In this document: positions 24,601 to 39,600 of the stretch, one piece after another
Layout of the letters: each line of letters opens with the position of its first letter
Numbering within the stretch: position 1 is the stretch's first letter
Assembly: GCF_004010195.1 (NCBI RefSeq)
Contig: NC_057718.1
Coordinates: 15,605,416 to 15,669,415, forward strand
Reading direction: 5' to 3'
Length of the DNA: 64,000 nucleotides
From: Chiloscyllium plagiosum
Taxonomy: Eukaryota
Program-made: the position numbers and the translations under genes
The notes under the pieces: model-generated
What the model was told of the DNA's origin: nothing
Seen by the model: the letters and a program-made list of their open reading frames with translations, nothing else
The model's database searches: none

Positions 24601-27600
24601 TTGCATTCAATTCTGGTCTCCCTGCTATAGTAAAGAGGTTGTTAAACTTGAAACAGTTCAGAAAAGATTCGCAAGTATGCTGCTGAGACTGAAGAATCTG
24701 AGCTATAGGGTGAGGCTGAATGGCCTGGGGCCTTTTTCCCTCTGAGTGTCAGAGGCTGAAGGATGACTTAATAAAGGTTTATAAAAATCATGAGGAGCAT
24801 GGATAGGGTGAATAGTCACTGTCTTTTCCTAGGGTCAGGGGATCCGAAACTAGAGGACATAGATTTAAGGCGAGAGGGGAAAGATTTAAAAAAGGGATTC
24901 GAGGGGTAACTTTTTCATGCTGAGGGTGGTGCATTGTTAACACTGCTTGAATAACAAGTTCCAAAATGTCCTGATTCCACAGACTTTCTGGATGCTTGAA
25001 TAAAGATGCATTTCTTCAGTGGTAATGGCCTAGTGAAAACAAAGTCTTTAGACTGCTTTAAACAACACGGGTTTCAAAACGTCAAAATTTCAAAAGTATA
25101 ATCACACCTTCACGTAAAATTGCTAAATTATGGTAAGGTTTTGCACGTTCATTTGCTAGCCTTCTCTGAACCCTTGGAAGAACTTTGCCATACTGTTCCA
25201 GAATGGAATTCCTTGCAGCTGTTCTTTCTCGAATTTGAGGATCACGATCATTCTGAAAAAAAAGTTAAGAAATATTTTATTTCCCTCATTTCCCTGCTTT
25301 ACCTCAGGTTTTCTTTTTCCAGAGCAAGTTCCTTTTCATGCCACAGAATCAACACTAGATTGTGTGAAACGACAGGTATAATGCAACATAATGGAGATAT
25401 ATTGTGCAACATGAGTTGATTGGGAGGCAATGGACTGTTAATCCAGAGACTCAGGTTTGAACCTGCAATGCAGCTGGTGGTATTTGAATTCAACAAAAAT
25501 CTGGAATTAAGAGTCTAATGATCACCTCTTGTCAATTGTTATGAAAAAACCCCATCTGGTTCACTATTGTCTTTTAGGGAAGGAGACTACTATCTTTACC
25601 TAGACTACAGGTGACTCCAGACCCACAGCAATTTGGTCAACATTTAACTGCCCTCTGGGATGTCGATTCCCTTATCCCATGGAAAAAAAAATCTGACCTA
25701 ACCAGAGCCAAATTTAAACACCTTTAGATTTACTCTCATTGTAGCAATTTGTCTAAACTCTGCAGTTTCAAATTCCAACAAACAGTTTGACAAGTACGTC
25801 TTCCCAAATCTGACTTAAAAAGAAGCAAAGATAAGCACACATTAAGCTAACTTGAAAGCAATTAATGTCATAGACAAATTGGCCATGTCAATTACAGACT
25901 TGGCCAAATGGAGGGTAGCTTGGCAGTTAAGGTAAAATTTCATTTGGGGGTTATTGGAGAGACTTCACCATATTGCTTACAAAAGTTACAAATTCGGTTT
26001 AATTCTGGTACTTCCTCAATTTCAGGCAACTGTTACTCCAGTGATCAATCTGACTATTTTATTTTTATGGCAGATGATTCACTGTTCTACAGTGTGACCC
26101 AGGGGCACAAAAAGTTTGTGAACTTGGCAGCGTGTCTTCACAGAAAACCACATTTAGATGGCATTTGTGATGGGCAATTAACATTTCTTGCTAGTTACAA
26201 ACAAGAAGGCCTAAAACATCAATGAATAGAAGTTTTGAAAGGCAATGGTAAAATTTGTAATCATACTTCATGTTTTAACATTAAATTTAATAATAATGTG
26301 AGCTACCAGAGCACCTTTAGAAAGCAAACTGCTATTTACACTCAGCTATACAAAAATGGGGTTGGAAGCAGACATTTCATACATATCAGACGGATTTGTT
26401 TTTCCTCAACCCTGGGGACTTGCTCTGGCAAATTTAGAGACTGAATTAATAAACTCAGTTTCCAATTATTAAAACAATTTTCAATTAATAAAACCGCTTT
26501 CAACCTACCAAATTCATTTTCAGTGACTGATTGAGCTGCAAGGCTGGCACATAGTTGGCTCTTTGAAGATGATGAACTAAAAGAAATTCTTGGTTTTGAA
26601 GATTGCCACTCTTCTTCAAAAACTTCTCCAAACACTCCTGCAAATACATGATATATCAAAGTATATAAAATACTGCAAAATTGTGATTAAAATGCTTTTA
26701 TAACAAACTTGATTTATCAGCGAATAGTTTCCTACTAAACTAACAACTCAATGATAATGTTTTTTCAAATTACAGCTAAAAATTAACCTTCCCTCCCATC
26801 TGCAGGTGACTTTAAAAATGCGATTTATGGATACTTTACCTGTTCAGTAGCAGTGAAAGGGAGTTTAAGTAATTCTTCCATCAGTCCATTCTCTTGACAT
26901 AGCTCATACATGTGCTTCAGCAAATCTTCTACATTTATTCTGTTTGCATTTAGTCGAAGTAGATGCCAGGCCTCCACCATGCACCTTTATATTTTAGAAC
27001 AAGCATTGAGCTTTATTTTTAATATTAATTTTAGACAATGATTGAACATTTAACATGTGCAACCTACCTGTCAAGAAGCTTTAGGGCAAAACACAACATG
27101 GAAATCTTTGAAAGACCAGTTATTAAAATAGAGAATAGAAGATAGAGGATAGAGAACTGATAAAATGGCTAACCTAAAAGGCCTTCATTTCTCAACAGGA
27201 GTAGGATATTCAACCCAGTCTGCTATTTAATTAGATCATGAATGATCTGCATCTTAATTCCATGGTTCCATAACCTTCATACTGCTGCCCAATTAAAAAT
27301 CTAGCAGTTTTAATTTTGAAATTTTCAACTGCCCTATGCTGAACACTTTCATGGTGGTGAGTTCCTCAATATGTCCACTACCTTTTCAGTAAAGGAATAT
27401 TTTGTGATATCACACTTAAATGGCCTAGCTCTAATTTTAAATGTTATGTTATAGCTCTATGTTTGGGAGCTTTTAAAAGAAATTTCTTTATGCGATATGG
27501 ACATTATTGGCAAACATTTATTGCACATCCCTACTTAAGAATCTACCACATTGCTATGACTCCAGAATCACAGGTAGGCCAGGTAAGGATGACAGATTTT

Positions 27601-30600
27601 TTTCCTCAAATGACTTTAACGAATCAGATGGATTTTTAGAACTGGCAGTTGTTACATGGTCACCATTATGACTTTTTTTTTAAAAAGAAAAAGTTCCAGA
27701 TTTAATTGAAATTATATTTTACCAACTACCATATTGGGATTCAAACTCCAGATCCCCAGAACATTGGCGTGGGGTTCTGGATTGTTAGTTCACCATGACT
27801 ACACCAGCACCTTCCTGTTCTCAGTGATGTAGTTGCTTTGCTACTACTTGAAGCACATAACAAATCACGTCTGGTGTGACGAAGTGAAACGCAACTTATA
27901 TTAAGAGGTATAGTACATGTCATTCTGCTTAACAGGCCTGAGATGTTCCCTTTTCTTCCCAGAACACACACACAAAAAGTGGTTTATGCTTAGAAAACGG
28001 CTGTTAGAACTACCATCTTATTGGAACTGCATATATAACTGAATGCAATCTCGTAACTGAATGAATAAAAGGAATATTACACTAGCAACAAAATGAATTA
28101 CTAAAAATAACGTGATGAAGAAATCAGTTACCTGTTAAATAGCAGTACAGTAAGGTGAAGTTTAACCTCACTGCTACTGGCCATTGAAGGTTTCATTGCC
28201 TGCATGTACCGAAGGGCTTTTCTATGTTCTCCTTGGCACATCAAGGCTTGTAAGATTCGGACATGCTGCCATGAGGACAGTGACCTGCTAGTTGCTGGAT
28301 GCAAAATACGATCTAAGGCATTCTTTGGAACAAGGAAAGAAGAAACAGATCAAATGCAAGATTTTTCAACTGCAGCTCAACTACCATATCATACTTATTC
28401 AGGTTCATCAAACATTACTCCATTGATTGGCATGGTAATTACAGTTATATGATATACTGAATTATCTTAAATACCTATGCATACTTTGATCATTAACATG
28501 TGTCAATCATAGCATTTTTAGTATAGTAACAGGTCATTCATCCCATTTTCAGTGTTAATACTCCACATTATCCTCCTTCTACCTGCTTCAGCCAAATCAA
28601 CTAATAGCCAAATTGTTTGCATATCTTGAAACATAAATTTAAAGAGAATTATTGTCTGAGAAATATCTATAGAAAACTTTAGTAAACAAATTCTGTTACC
28701 CTTGTACTCCAGACAAGGAGACAGGTAACCTGGCAGTAAATTTACTCAAATTCTAATTAGGGTCTCAGAATCATATTGAACTTAAGGGTCTGTTTCTGTG
28801 TTGTCTATGATTCTAATAATGTTAATAAAATTTGGACAGGGAACTGAGAGACCTGGGAAATGCTATTGGTTCATTAACTACACAAAAATTACCTCCCCGC
28901 TATGGTACTCCGTAAGAGCTCAGGATCCAGTCCCAGGATTGATGATCAGCTGAGGACAGACATAATTGAATCTCACAGAGGACAAATTATGTGGAGTGTG
29001 CAAAGGGCTCCACCTTTCAGACATCGCCTGGTGCCCAAAGAAGAATCATACCATGTAGTACTTGATCATTTCAGTATGTACCTGGTTCCATACGAACCAA
29101 CCCTGTTTCAGGTGATCATTCCCTCTGGTTTATATGCTACTCATTATTTTTTAAATTATGTCTTCAAGATTTCGCTTTGAGGGCTTCCTCAAATATATTG
29201 CCTCTATCCTTATTTCGTATATATGAGCATTCTAAAATTTTGCCTTTTGCTTCTGGTCTTGCCCAGATCTGGCATGTGTTCTGAAACAAGGTTACACCCG
29301 AAACATTGACTTCTGCACCTCCTGATACTGCCTGGCTTGCTGTATTCTTCCAGCCTCCTGCCTGTGTACTTTGGATTCCAGTATCTGCAGTTTTTGTCTC
29401 TAACCAGGTGTGACATGAATAGATCCAGGATGTGATAGCCACCTTCACTTTTTCCAATGAAAAACGGTTGTAGAAGTCCACCTTTACAGCTATAGAACAA
29501 TACATGCAAAATTGTGCAGATGCTGGAAATCTGAAATAAAGACAAGAATGCTGGAAAAGCTCATGTGGCAGCATCTATGGAGAGAGAACGAGACACTGTT
29601 TCAAGTGCAAAATGGCTCTTCTTCAGATCTTGCTTGCCATTTTAATAACCACCTTGTTTCCATGCTAACATTTCTGCCCTGCGTATGCTGCAATGTTCCA
29701 ATGATTTTACATTTCCCCAGTCTCTCCACTGCATCTGTTGCACATGCCTTCCACCAGGATGCCTCTGACAAGACCTCTTTTTCCATATCAAAGGTGCCCC
29801 TCCCACTGTGGTTGACAGCACCCTAAACCCCAACTGAACAGTTTCTCGCACTAAATAAAAACCAAAAGAACTGCAGATGAGATAAATAAGAAGCAAATAC
29901 AAAAATTGCTGGAAATGCTCTGTGGGTCTGGCAGTATCTATTAAGAGAAATCGGAGATAACCATTTGGGTCAGTTGAGAAAGGATCACTCGACCCAAAAT
30001 GTTAACTCCGCTCTTGCTGACAGATTCTGCCAGACTTGCTGAGCTTTTACAGCAACTTCCGTTTTCATTTCTCACACTTCGATCCTCACTCCTTATTCTT
30101 CTCTTTTCTGGAAGGACCAACATCCCTCTGTCTTCATTTCGCATCACACTAGTTGACACATTCAAAGGATCATTTCTGCCATGTCCAGTAGAATATATCA
30201 ACATATCTTCCTCTCTCGTCCAGTCAGTATTCCACAAGGACCATTTTTTCAATGAAACCTTGGTCCAGTCCTTTGTTCCTCCTAATATTTCCTCATTCCC
30301 CTGTATACCTTTCCATGCAATCACAGAAAGTATAATACCTGCTCATTCACCTCCTCCTTCTCTCTGTCCAAGGTCCTAAACATACCTTCCAGGTGAAGCA
30401 GTATTTTATTGTACTTCCTTAAATATAATCTAGATGTGAAATAGACTAGAATAGTAATTTATTGTCTCTTGTGCATTAAAAAAAAGTGAAATGTGTTTAA
30501 AATCACCATACTACGATGCCTATGTTAAAAATAGAAGGCATAGACAAGAAAATTTTTTAAAAACAAATTAAGACAAAGTCTATCTTAGTTCAATTCCTAG

Positions 30601-33600
30601 CCCTTGGCTCCAGGAAAGAGTATCGGTGCAAGATCACCATCTATGTCAAGATAATCACCTTTGCAGCTGTCAATGCATTACTTCACTTCTTACTAATTCT
30701 CTTCCAATACAGCAGTATCCTTGTTGTGGGCAAGTTAACCAAAACTACATGTAACTTTACAATTGATGGCTGTAGCAGTGATCTTATATAAAGTGGTATA
30801 CAATGTGGATGGCTGTTCACCCACACTATATAACATATTCCATTCTGCACATCTTCGTTGAAATGACTTAAAAATCAAATAAAAAGGCAAGATGGTAGAT
30901 TGCAGGTTCTTACTCGATTGGCGAAAGTACCTCCTTCATGCGCATCTGTGTTAGGACTTAACTGGGAAGAGTGCAGATATTTAAACCCCACTATTCCACA
31001 AGTTGTCACACATGTGTAAACACAAAATTTAAACCACCAGGATGATCAATTTGTTCACTAACTACTATTCGGGACAAAAAGTATTTCACACTAAATTTCA
31101 ACATTTACTAGAAAAGAACTCTTTGTTAACAAACTTACTTTTTAAACAAATAGCAGCAAAAAGAAAGGACTATTAGTGTACTACAATGTGACTTTAAAAT
31201 ACCAAATACAACAACTCACATGCGTGAATAATAGACTTTAACAAAAATATCATCAAAACATGTAGCACTGGGGGAAACAAAATTCTGAAGATCAATAGTT
31301 CAGATCGGCAGGATGTAGTTAACTCTCAGTTCTTTTGACTTTAGTAAGGATTTCATGCTGTTGTCTGTAGTGTGATGGTTCTTCAATCGGGTGGATAAAG
31401 GTCTTTTCCTGTAAAGAATTATTTCTACTCCCACTGATAGAAGGGTGTTTTCTGCTTTCTAGTTTTGGATGGTTCAGATTGCATACTTTCCAGTTTGTAG
31501 TAAATTGGTTTGGCCAATGCAAGGGCTGTCATCAGGCAGCTGCATTGTGACTCAAATTCCTAGTGCCTCTCTTGATTCAACAGAACAATCTCACTGCTCC
31601 AAAAGTGACATTTTTAACGGTGCAGGGCAATGTTACCACTTGCTTTTTAAGTTGCAAAACCTTCCTTTTATGGTGAGTTGTATCACCGTATTCCAGTTTC
31701 ATTACCCACAACTGAAAGATATATGTAGCACCTTACACTTGTGAAGATCATAAACAACTACATTAGTTACTTCTTTAAAGAATTCCAGCTGAGGCAGATT
31801 CGTTGCTAGATCTGTGCTGACTATTCCTATTGGATAAGCTTTTTCTCAGTTTTAGTAATTTGGCACCTGATTATAATCCATGCCTCTATATATAAACACG
31901 ACAACTGATCATCCATCCATCCTTCTTCCAGAGACAATTATGCTGCAAAAATATTTGATTGAGGAATGATTTCATTATGAATTTTAAAGATACTCGGCAT
32001 CTCGTCTCAATTTAATGTAACTTTTTTGATCTTCTAACACATAGCTTACTGATATCTCCTTGTGTAGCAGATGTCTGGATCTTAAAAAAAATTAGTCTTT
32101 AATTTAATCATCTTCATTTATAATGGCCAATGGAAAATGTATTCAAAGCATTTAATTCCTGCATTTCTGGAATCACAATGAAAATATAAGTAAAAATTTC
32201 CTGTATAGTTCAGAATTCTCAGCCATGTTACACATCTTTGGACACACTACCGTGGTTAGCATGGACGTCACAAGTTTCAGTTATTACATACAATTAACTG
32301 AACAAATAAGAACTTGAGTTAATTAAGTAACTCAACATTTCAATAGAAGTGACAACAACTTGCTTCAACTAAGGGTAAAGTGAAGTTTATTTCTAATGTG
32401 AGTACTTACCTCATGGTCACTGTGATCCAAAAGCCAAAATCCCTGAATAAGGTTTACTAGGCCCACAGGTACAGCAAAAGCAGGTGGAAAAGATTCAATT
32501 GAAGACTCATTCTTATTAGGAACAGAAGAAAGAACATCCAGCAGTAGATAAATAGCCTGTAAATCAGAGGTTAAGGCTCCAAAACAAAGTGCAGCAATCC
32601 AAATTATAACTAAATTATCTATATAATTAAAATCTCAACAGTAGGTCAGATATTTGCAAACACTAACTCATCAATGCCAGAAAGGCGGTGAACACCAAAA
32701 ACAACCTTCTATACAACTAAAGGATACGATGGCATGCTTTGTTGTTTCATCCACACTTTCTAACAAATATACATCAAGAAGAGCCTGTTGTTAAGAAAAA
32801 TAAAAATATTAGTTTAACAGCTGCAAAATTTTCATTTCACTAAATTTGCCATTCAAGAATCACATCTTACATGAAGAGTTGAGGGTGGATATTTTCCTGT
32901 TCCTCCTTCATCCCTCTTCCACAGCTGTGCTATGTGGTCCCCAGTTTCAGACACCATTCCATCAATCAATAGGCAGTCTGAACACCATTTGCCTCTGGGT
33001 AAAACAAACATTTAAAAGTGCAACATGAAATAAGTCAAGTTATTTTGTGACCATTGACCAATTGTTTTAAAAAAAATTGATTCTTACTCTAAAAACTATT
33101 TTCTACAGAAAATATAGATTCAAGATACGGATTTAAAAACCAGAAATTATAAAGCAAGTTATAAACAGAGTTGTGCTGTACACTAAGCTAGCAGGTTTGA
33201 GAATCACATTACGTATTTAATTTCCAAAATACAATTCATTAAGAACATACTTTGATAGACGCTCCAACTTATGTCGTCTGTTAGTGTAATAATTTTGTAT
33301 AATGGGGTAGTTGTAGATGGGCCTGGATAACTGTAGCACATCAATATCATCTAAAGAAAAAGTAAAAAACATCAATAATATAAAACTCACTGAAGTGCAG
33401 CATAAAAAGGTTATCCCAGCTTAGTTGATAAGCATTTTTAAAATATGTTGCTGTTACCTGAACCCTCTGGGAGTAGGCCAGCACGACAGAACCACAACAC
33501 AACCTGAGTGTATTGAGAAAGGAGTGTACCTACAATGCGCTTGTTCATTAAGTCAACCAATCCTGTGGGAAGAAAATATTATTATGCTAATAAAAAGGAT

Positions 33601-36600
33601 TTCCAGGATTATTTTATATTCAAACAATATTTAGCAGGAGATTTTTCTGGAAAGAAGGCCTCAAAATGTTTATTTGTAGGTGACTGTCATATACCTCTAT
33701 CACATGTTTGGTGCTTTTTTTGTTAATATAATTTAAGAAACACAACTAGCAACATTTAAAAATATTGTTGCACACACAAAATAAAATAGCAGATTAGTAA
33801 CCATTTACATAAAACAGTGCAACTGTAATTCATATACACACACCTCGCTCAGTCAGTTCCTGGGCCTCAGTAAGGAAACAGCTAACAATGGTGGTGAGGT
33901 TGCTAAGTAACATCTGGCAGTGCTGCAGAGACTGGAGTGTGTGTGGGTCAATGAAGTGACATGATCCATCAAAAAGTGGAACACCTAGTGGTTAAAGGAC
34001 AATGTGAAACACACTCAAGTTAAGCAGGTGTCAACCTTAACAAAACAATTTTTCACAGCGGTTAACTTTCATATGTGTACACTTCTACAAACATCTGCTT
34101 TGAAATGAGAAATGTGCCTGAAACAATTTTTTTTAAACAACAGAGCACGTAATTAATTTAGGGTGACCCATTTATCTCATGCCTATAATAATACGCATGC
34201 AAGTTCATAATGTCAGTTCCATTAATCAGAAGAAGCTACTGAGCAAACATTAGTTCTGCTCGGCAAGCAGATGAGAAGTACCCAATCCTGTCATCCAACC
34301 TCCCTTCAAGACATGGATTAATTCTGGGCTGATTTACATATCTCCAAGATATAGGTTGATTAAAAGTCTGCAAGGATTAAGGGAACAAATTACTAGCAAA
34401 CTGTTTCAGCCAGAAAATAGTAATATAGCAGGACCATACAACAAAGATTTCTTTTGGGAAGTTACTTCCAGATTCAAAAATGTAACTGAATTAAAGGGGA
34501 AAAAAAAGTCTTTCTTAAATAAAAATCATTAATTGTTAATGTTTAAGATACTGTTTTAATAAAAAGTTAGGTTCAACAACGGAGCATTTACCTGTGCTTT
34601 AGTGTAACACAACTTAGCAGGTCAAACACACATTTCAAAATATATAATTTCACCCAGCTGCAGCAGCACACTATAGGATCAGTGCTTAATTATAAATAGT
34701 AGAGTACATCTCATTGACAGCATACACCATCTCATCCAAGCAATTTAACTAGCTCCAGTATTGTATGCTCCCAATACGAGAATCTAATCATCTCCCTTTG
34801 ATATTCAACCGTATTACAATTATTTAATTCCCCATCAACTTCGATGGTGTTACCTTCACCAGAATCTTATGTAGGCCAATCACAAATATGTCAAAAGTTG
34901 GGAATGCTCATTCCCAAAGCCTGTCCACAACCTACAAAGCAGAAGTCAGGAATATGCTGCAAGATTTTCTAAATATCTAGGAGTGCAGATCCAACAACAC
35001 AACAGGCTTGACATCACCAGGACCAACTAACTTGATTGGAACCTCTTCCTCCAATGGCACATAATGACAGTCATGTGTACCATCTACAAGAATTACTGGA
35101 GCAAATCAAAAGTTCATTCAATGGAACTTTCCACACATATAACTCCACACATTTATTTCCAATTATGCACCATTCATACTCAACTATAATGTCACATCTT
35201 CACGATCATTGGGAATTCTGGAAGTCTCTCCTCAACAGCACTGTCAGTCTATCTACACCACAATGGCTTCAATGGTTCAGAGGAGTGACTCAAAGGCATC
35301 TTCAAAAGCAATTAAGGATAGCAATAAATACTGGCATGGTCAGAAATGCCCTTGACATAACAAATAAAAATAATTCCACTGGCTCCAAGTGATGACAATG
35401 ACAGAGTCAACCAAAAAGCAACATAAATTAAAAAAGGGTAAAGCTATTTACCAACACCAAACCAACACATTTTTTTTCCAAAGCAGCCAATTCAGGTACT
35501 GGAAGCTACTATAAACGCAGTCAAACACTTGGCCCAGGGTGGGAATAAAATCTATTGGTTTTGTGGGGTCAGCATGGCCTTCCACAAAGCCTGCACTACA
35601 TAAAGACAAAAATAACAACACAAGTTGAAGAAAAAAGTCGCACTTACCTATCAATGCTTCAAATGTAGATAACATATAAAACTGAAGAGTTATGTACAAT
35701 GAACAAAGAAAATTTACAGCCCAGGAACAGGACCTTCAGCCCTCCAAGCCTGAGCTGATCCAAATCTACTGTCTAAACCTGTCGCCCAATTCCTAAGCAT
35801 CTGTATCCCTCTGCTCCCCACCCACTCGTGCATCTGTCCAGATGCACCTTAAAATGAATCTACCGGGCCTGCCTCTGTTACCTCTGCTGGCAACGTGTTC
35901 CAGACACCTACCACCCTCTGTGTAAAGTACTGCCGCGTATAACCCCCATAAACTTTTCACCTCTCACCTTGAAAGCGTGACCTCTCATTATTGAATCCTT
36001 CACCACCCTGGGAAAAAGCTTATCGCCATCTTCCTGGTTTATACCCTTCATGATTTTGTAAACCTCAATCAGGTCCCCCCTCAATCTCTTTTTTTCTAAT
36101 GAACACAAACCTAATCTACTCAACCTCTCTTCATAGCTAGCACCATCCACACCAGGCAACATCCTCGTAAGCCTTCTCTGCATCCTCTCCAAAGCATCCA
36201 CATAGTTTTGGTAATGTGGCGACCAGAACTGTACACAGTACTCTAAATGCAGCCGAACCAATGTCTTGTACAATTTTAACATGATTTGCCAGCTCTTATA
36301 CTCAATACTCCGTCCGATGAAGGCAAGCATACTATATGCCTTCTTGACCACTCTACCCACCTGTGCAGCAACCTTCAGGGTACAGTGGACCTGCACTCCT
36401 ATACCTCTCTGCTCATCAACTTTTCTCAAGGCTCTTCCATTCATTCTATAATTCACTCTAGAATTAGACTTGCCTAAATGCATCCCCTCACATTTGTCTG
36501 GATTGAACTCCATCTGCCACTCTCCCGCCCAACTATCTGGTCTATATTCTCCTGAATATGTACAAGCACAGAAAAACATGGTTGGATGCAGCTTTGAAGT

Positions 36601-39600
36601 GGTGACCAAGAAGGATGGTTTGAAAGATGGGATTTTGTAAGGGAATTCCACACAATGGAACAGTACAGCCAGAAACTACCACCAATGTGTAGAGTCATGA
36701 TGCAAAGAATGTCAGAATCCAAGGTATCAAACATGGCGAATGCTAGGCTAGAAAAGCTACAAACAAAAGTTGAATGAGGCTGTGATGGCAAAGAACACAA
36801 ATCTTCACTTCAGTGGAAAAAGGAAGCCAATGAAGAACAAAGAAAAGACCAACAGGTGAACAAGGAAGACTGTTTGCAGTAGGGGCTTATGATGATTGTT
36901 AAAATGGAAAACTGGTAAGGAATATCTAAAATAATTGTCCCAATGAAGCCAAAGGAGTAGACATGTATTTCAGTGGTAGTCGGGATCAGTTATCTTTCTA
37001 AGAAAAATAACTACTCTGGACCTAAGAATAAGAAATAAACAATGAGTTAGGATGTGCTATTTTGACAATGAACCAGCAAGAGACAATGTTTATAATGCTC
37101 CTAATTCAAAAAGGATACTTTGATTCTCATGAGGAGTGGAGTTGCTCAGGGGAGAAGAGGAAATAATAAAAATGTGCTCAATGAGGTGCAACATGCCAAC
37201 TCTGGTAAATAGACCAAAGACAATAGGTGCAGGAGTAGGCCATTCTGCCCTTCGAGCCTGCACCACCATTCAATATGATCATGGCTGATCATCCTTAAAT
37301 CAGTATCCTGTTCCTGCCTTATCTCCATAACCCTTGATTCCACAATCCTTGAGAGCTCTATCCAACTCTTTCTTAAATGAATCCAGAGACTGGGCCTCCA
37401 CTGCCCTCTGGGCCAGAGCATTCCACACAGCCACCACTCTCTGGGTGAAGAAGTTTCTCCTCATCTCTGTCCTAAATGGTCTACCCCGTATTTTTTTCCT
37501 CAAATTTGGAGACCAGAACTGCACACAATATTCCAGGTGTGGTCTCACCAGGGCCCTGTACAGCTGCAGAAGAACCTCTTTGCTTCTATACTCAATCCCT
37601 CTTGTTATGAAGGCCAGAATGCCTTCACTACCTGCTGTACCTGCATGCTTACCTTCATTGACTGGTGTACAAGAACACCCAGATCGCTCTGTACAGCCCC
37701 TTTACCTAAATTGATTCCATTTAGGTAGTAATCTGCCTTCCTGTTCTTGCCACCAAAGTGGATAACCATACATTTATCCACATTAAACTGCATCTGCCAT
37801 GCATCTGACCACTCACCTAACTTGTCCAGGTCACCCTGTAATCTCCTAACATCCTCATCACATTTCACCCTGCCACCCAGCTTAGTATCATCAGCAAATT
37901 TGCTAATGTTATTGCTAATAACATCAAGATATTGCTAATATCTTGTCCAATTTGTCACCGACTGTCAACACTCAGCACTTCAATGTCAGACATAAATCAC
38001 AAATGCAATTCCTTCTGTACTAGCTCTCAGATATCAAAAATGCTTTCTGCTTCGTCATTGCCACTCACTTATCTCAGCAAGTTTCAAACCCATTTTCTTA
38101 GCGAACATAACCTTGAAATGAAGAAAATGACCATCTTAGTAGTAGACACCAAATATCAATGACAGAAATGATTAGCTGTTCATGCACATGCCTGCAGAAA
38201 CATTCGCATCGCAAACTAAAAAGTATGCAGTGCAGCTGAGAAACAAACTTGTTTTGCATGAAACTGCAACTGCAGGTTAGTCATCACTTTTTGAGAGAGA
38301 AAAAAAGCCAAGGAAAAAGGGTATGGTATTTTCTACCACCTCAGTCTCTCTCCAACCACAGACAATGTGAAGAAAATATAGCCTTAGACTACATATTACA
38401 AAAGCCAAGAGAATTGCTGAAAAAACACATTCACAAGTTTCAGACTTACAGATGCCATCAAGTTCCCCTTTGGTTTGAGTGATTTTTTTCCATGTCCATT
38501 CAAGCACAAAGCGTAGACTGGCAGCTGATCTAGGTTGTTCTTATTGTAAAGAAAAAAAAAGAATAAAAAACACATTACTTTCTACAGTTAAACAACAGAT
38601 CAAAACATATTTTCTGAATTACTTAAGGCAAAATGTTAAAATTTCTTTGCAAGTAGTTTACAGTTTCCAGCAGAGATTTATTCTACAGTTTGTTCTAATT
38701 ATGGAAGTAGTAGACAAAATATCATAGCTAAAGAAAAAAAAATACATGACTCAGACGTCCTTTTATTCCTTCATGAAGTCCAGCAAAAAGGTAAAAAAAT
38801 GCGTTTTTGTGGGATTTAATCAACTTTTTTTGTTTAAAAAAAGCAGAACCTCAATCCTTCACAAAGCTACAAAATGTTTCATCACCTTTTCTTTTGGTCA
38901 CCTTTGAATAGATACCATAGGACCTGCTTAAAGATAACTCAAATTTGTTCTCAGATTTAGTGACTAGGTGTCTGGAAGTGTTTACATTGATGAAAGCAAA
39001 GAATGTCAACTCCTGGCAGCCTGCATGCCTTGACACACAAATTGTATAGATGCGGTTAGAAAAACTATTGTACAGTGTGTTGGGTCTCTTTTAAACATCT
39101 AAATACCCAGCTATATAGCTTAATATGGCTGAGCCGATCAGGAACAAAAACTAGGAATCAAGGCACCCAGTATTGGCTGTATAAAAGAAGAAACAACAGA
39201 ACTCGGGAGTATCCTAGTGTAATAAAAAGCCAGTTTCAAAATGGTCAGGGGTAGCTGAAGAGGAATCCAGGAGAAAAATAACCAAGAGACCAGAAGAAAC
39301 TAAAAGGCCAATGGTCACAGGAACCAGGAAGAAAGGAGATTTTGTCTGAGTGATTAGCCTAACACACCAAGAGGTGACCACTAGCTGAGAACCTGAAGAG
39401 GAGGCTTCAGGTAGTGAATTGATGCTGCATTTTGGCTCTATGTAAACAGGTCTGAAAGGGGCTTTGCACCAACTGAAAAGGGGCTGGACATTTGCCAGGG
39501 AACTGTCCACAAGAGGAGACTGAACCATTAGCAGCTAAGCAGTCTTTAGGCGCTCCACATCAGAGCGATATTGCAAAGAATAAACAGTGGAGCCTTCCAG

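Larger units (their letters stand above)
23845..25258. repeat. 707-bp direct tandem duplication (23845-24551 / 24552-25258)
   Basis: Each unit is a CR1 3' fragment + intron + exon; about 17 substitutions and 2 single-base indels counted by eye, all outside the exon. Confidence 0.95.

Noticed and set aside
37109..37118. GTATCCTTT on the minus strand (U12 donor-like)
   Set aside because: Mid-intron, with no upstream exon; the flanking exons already join in phase.
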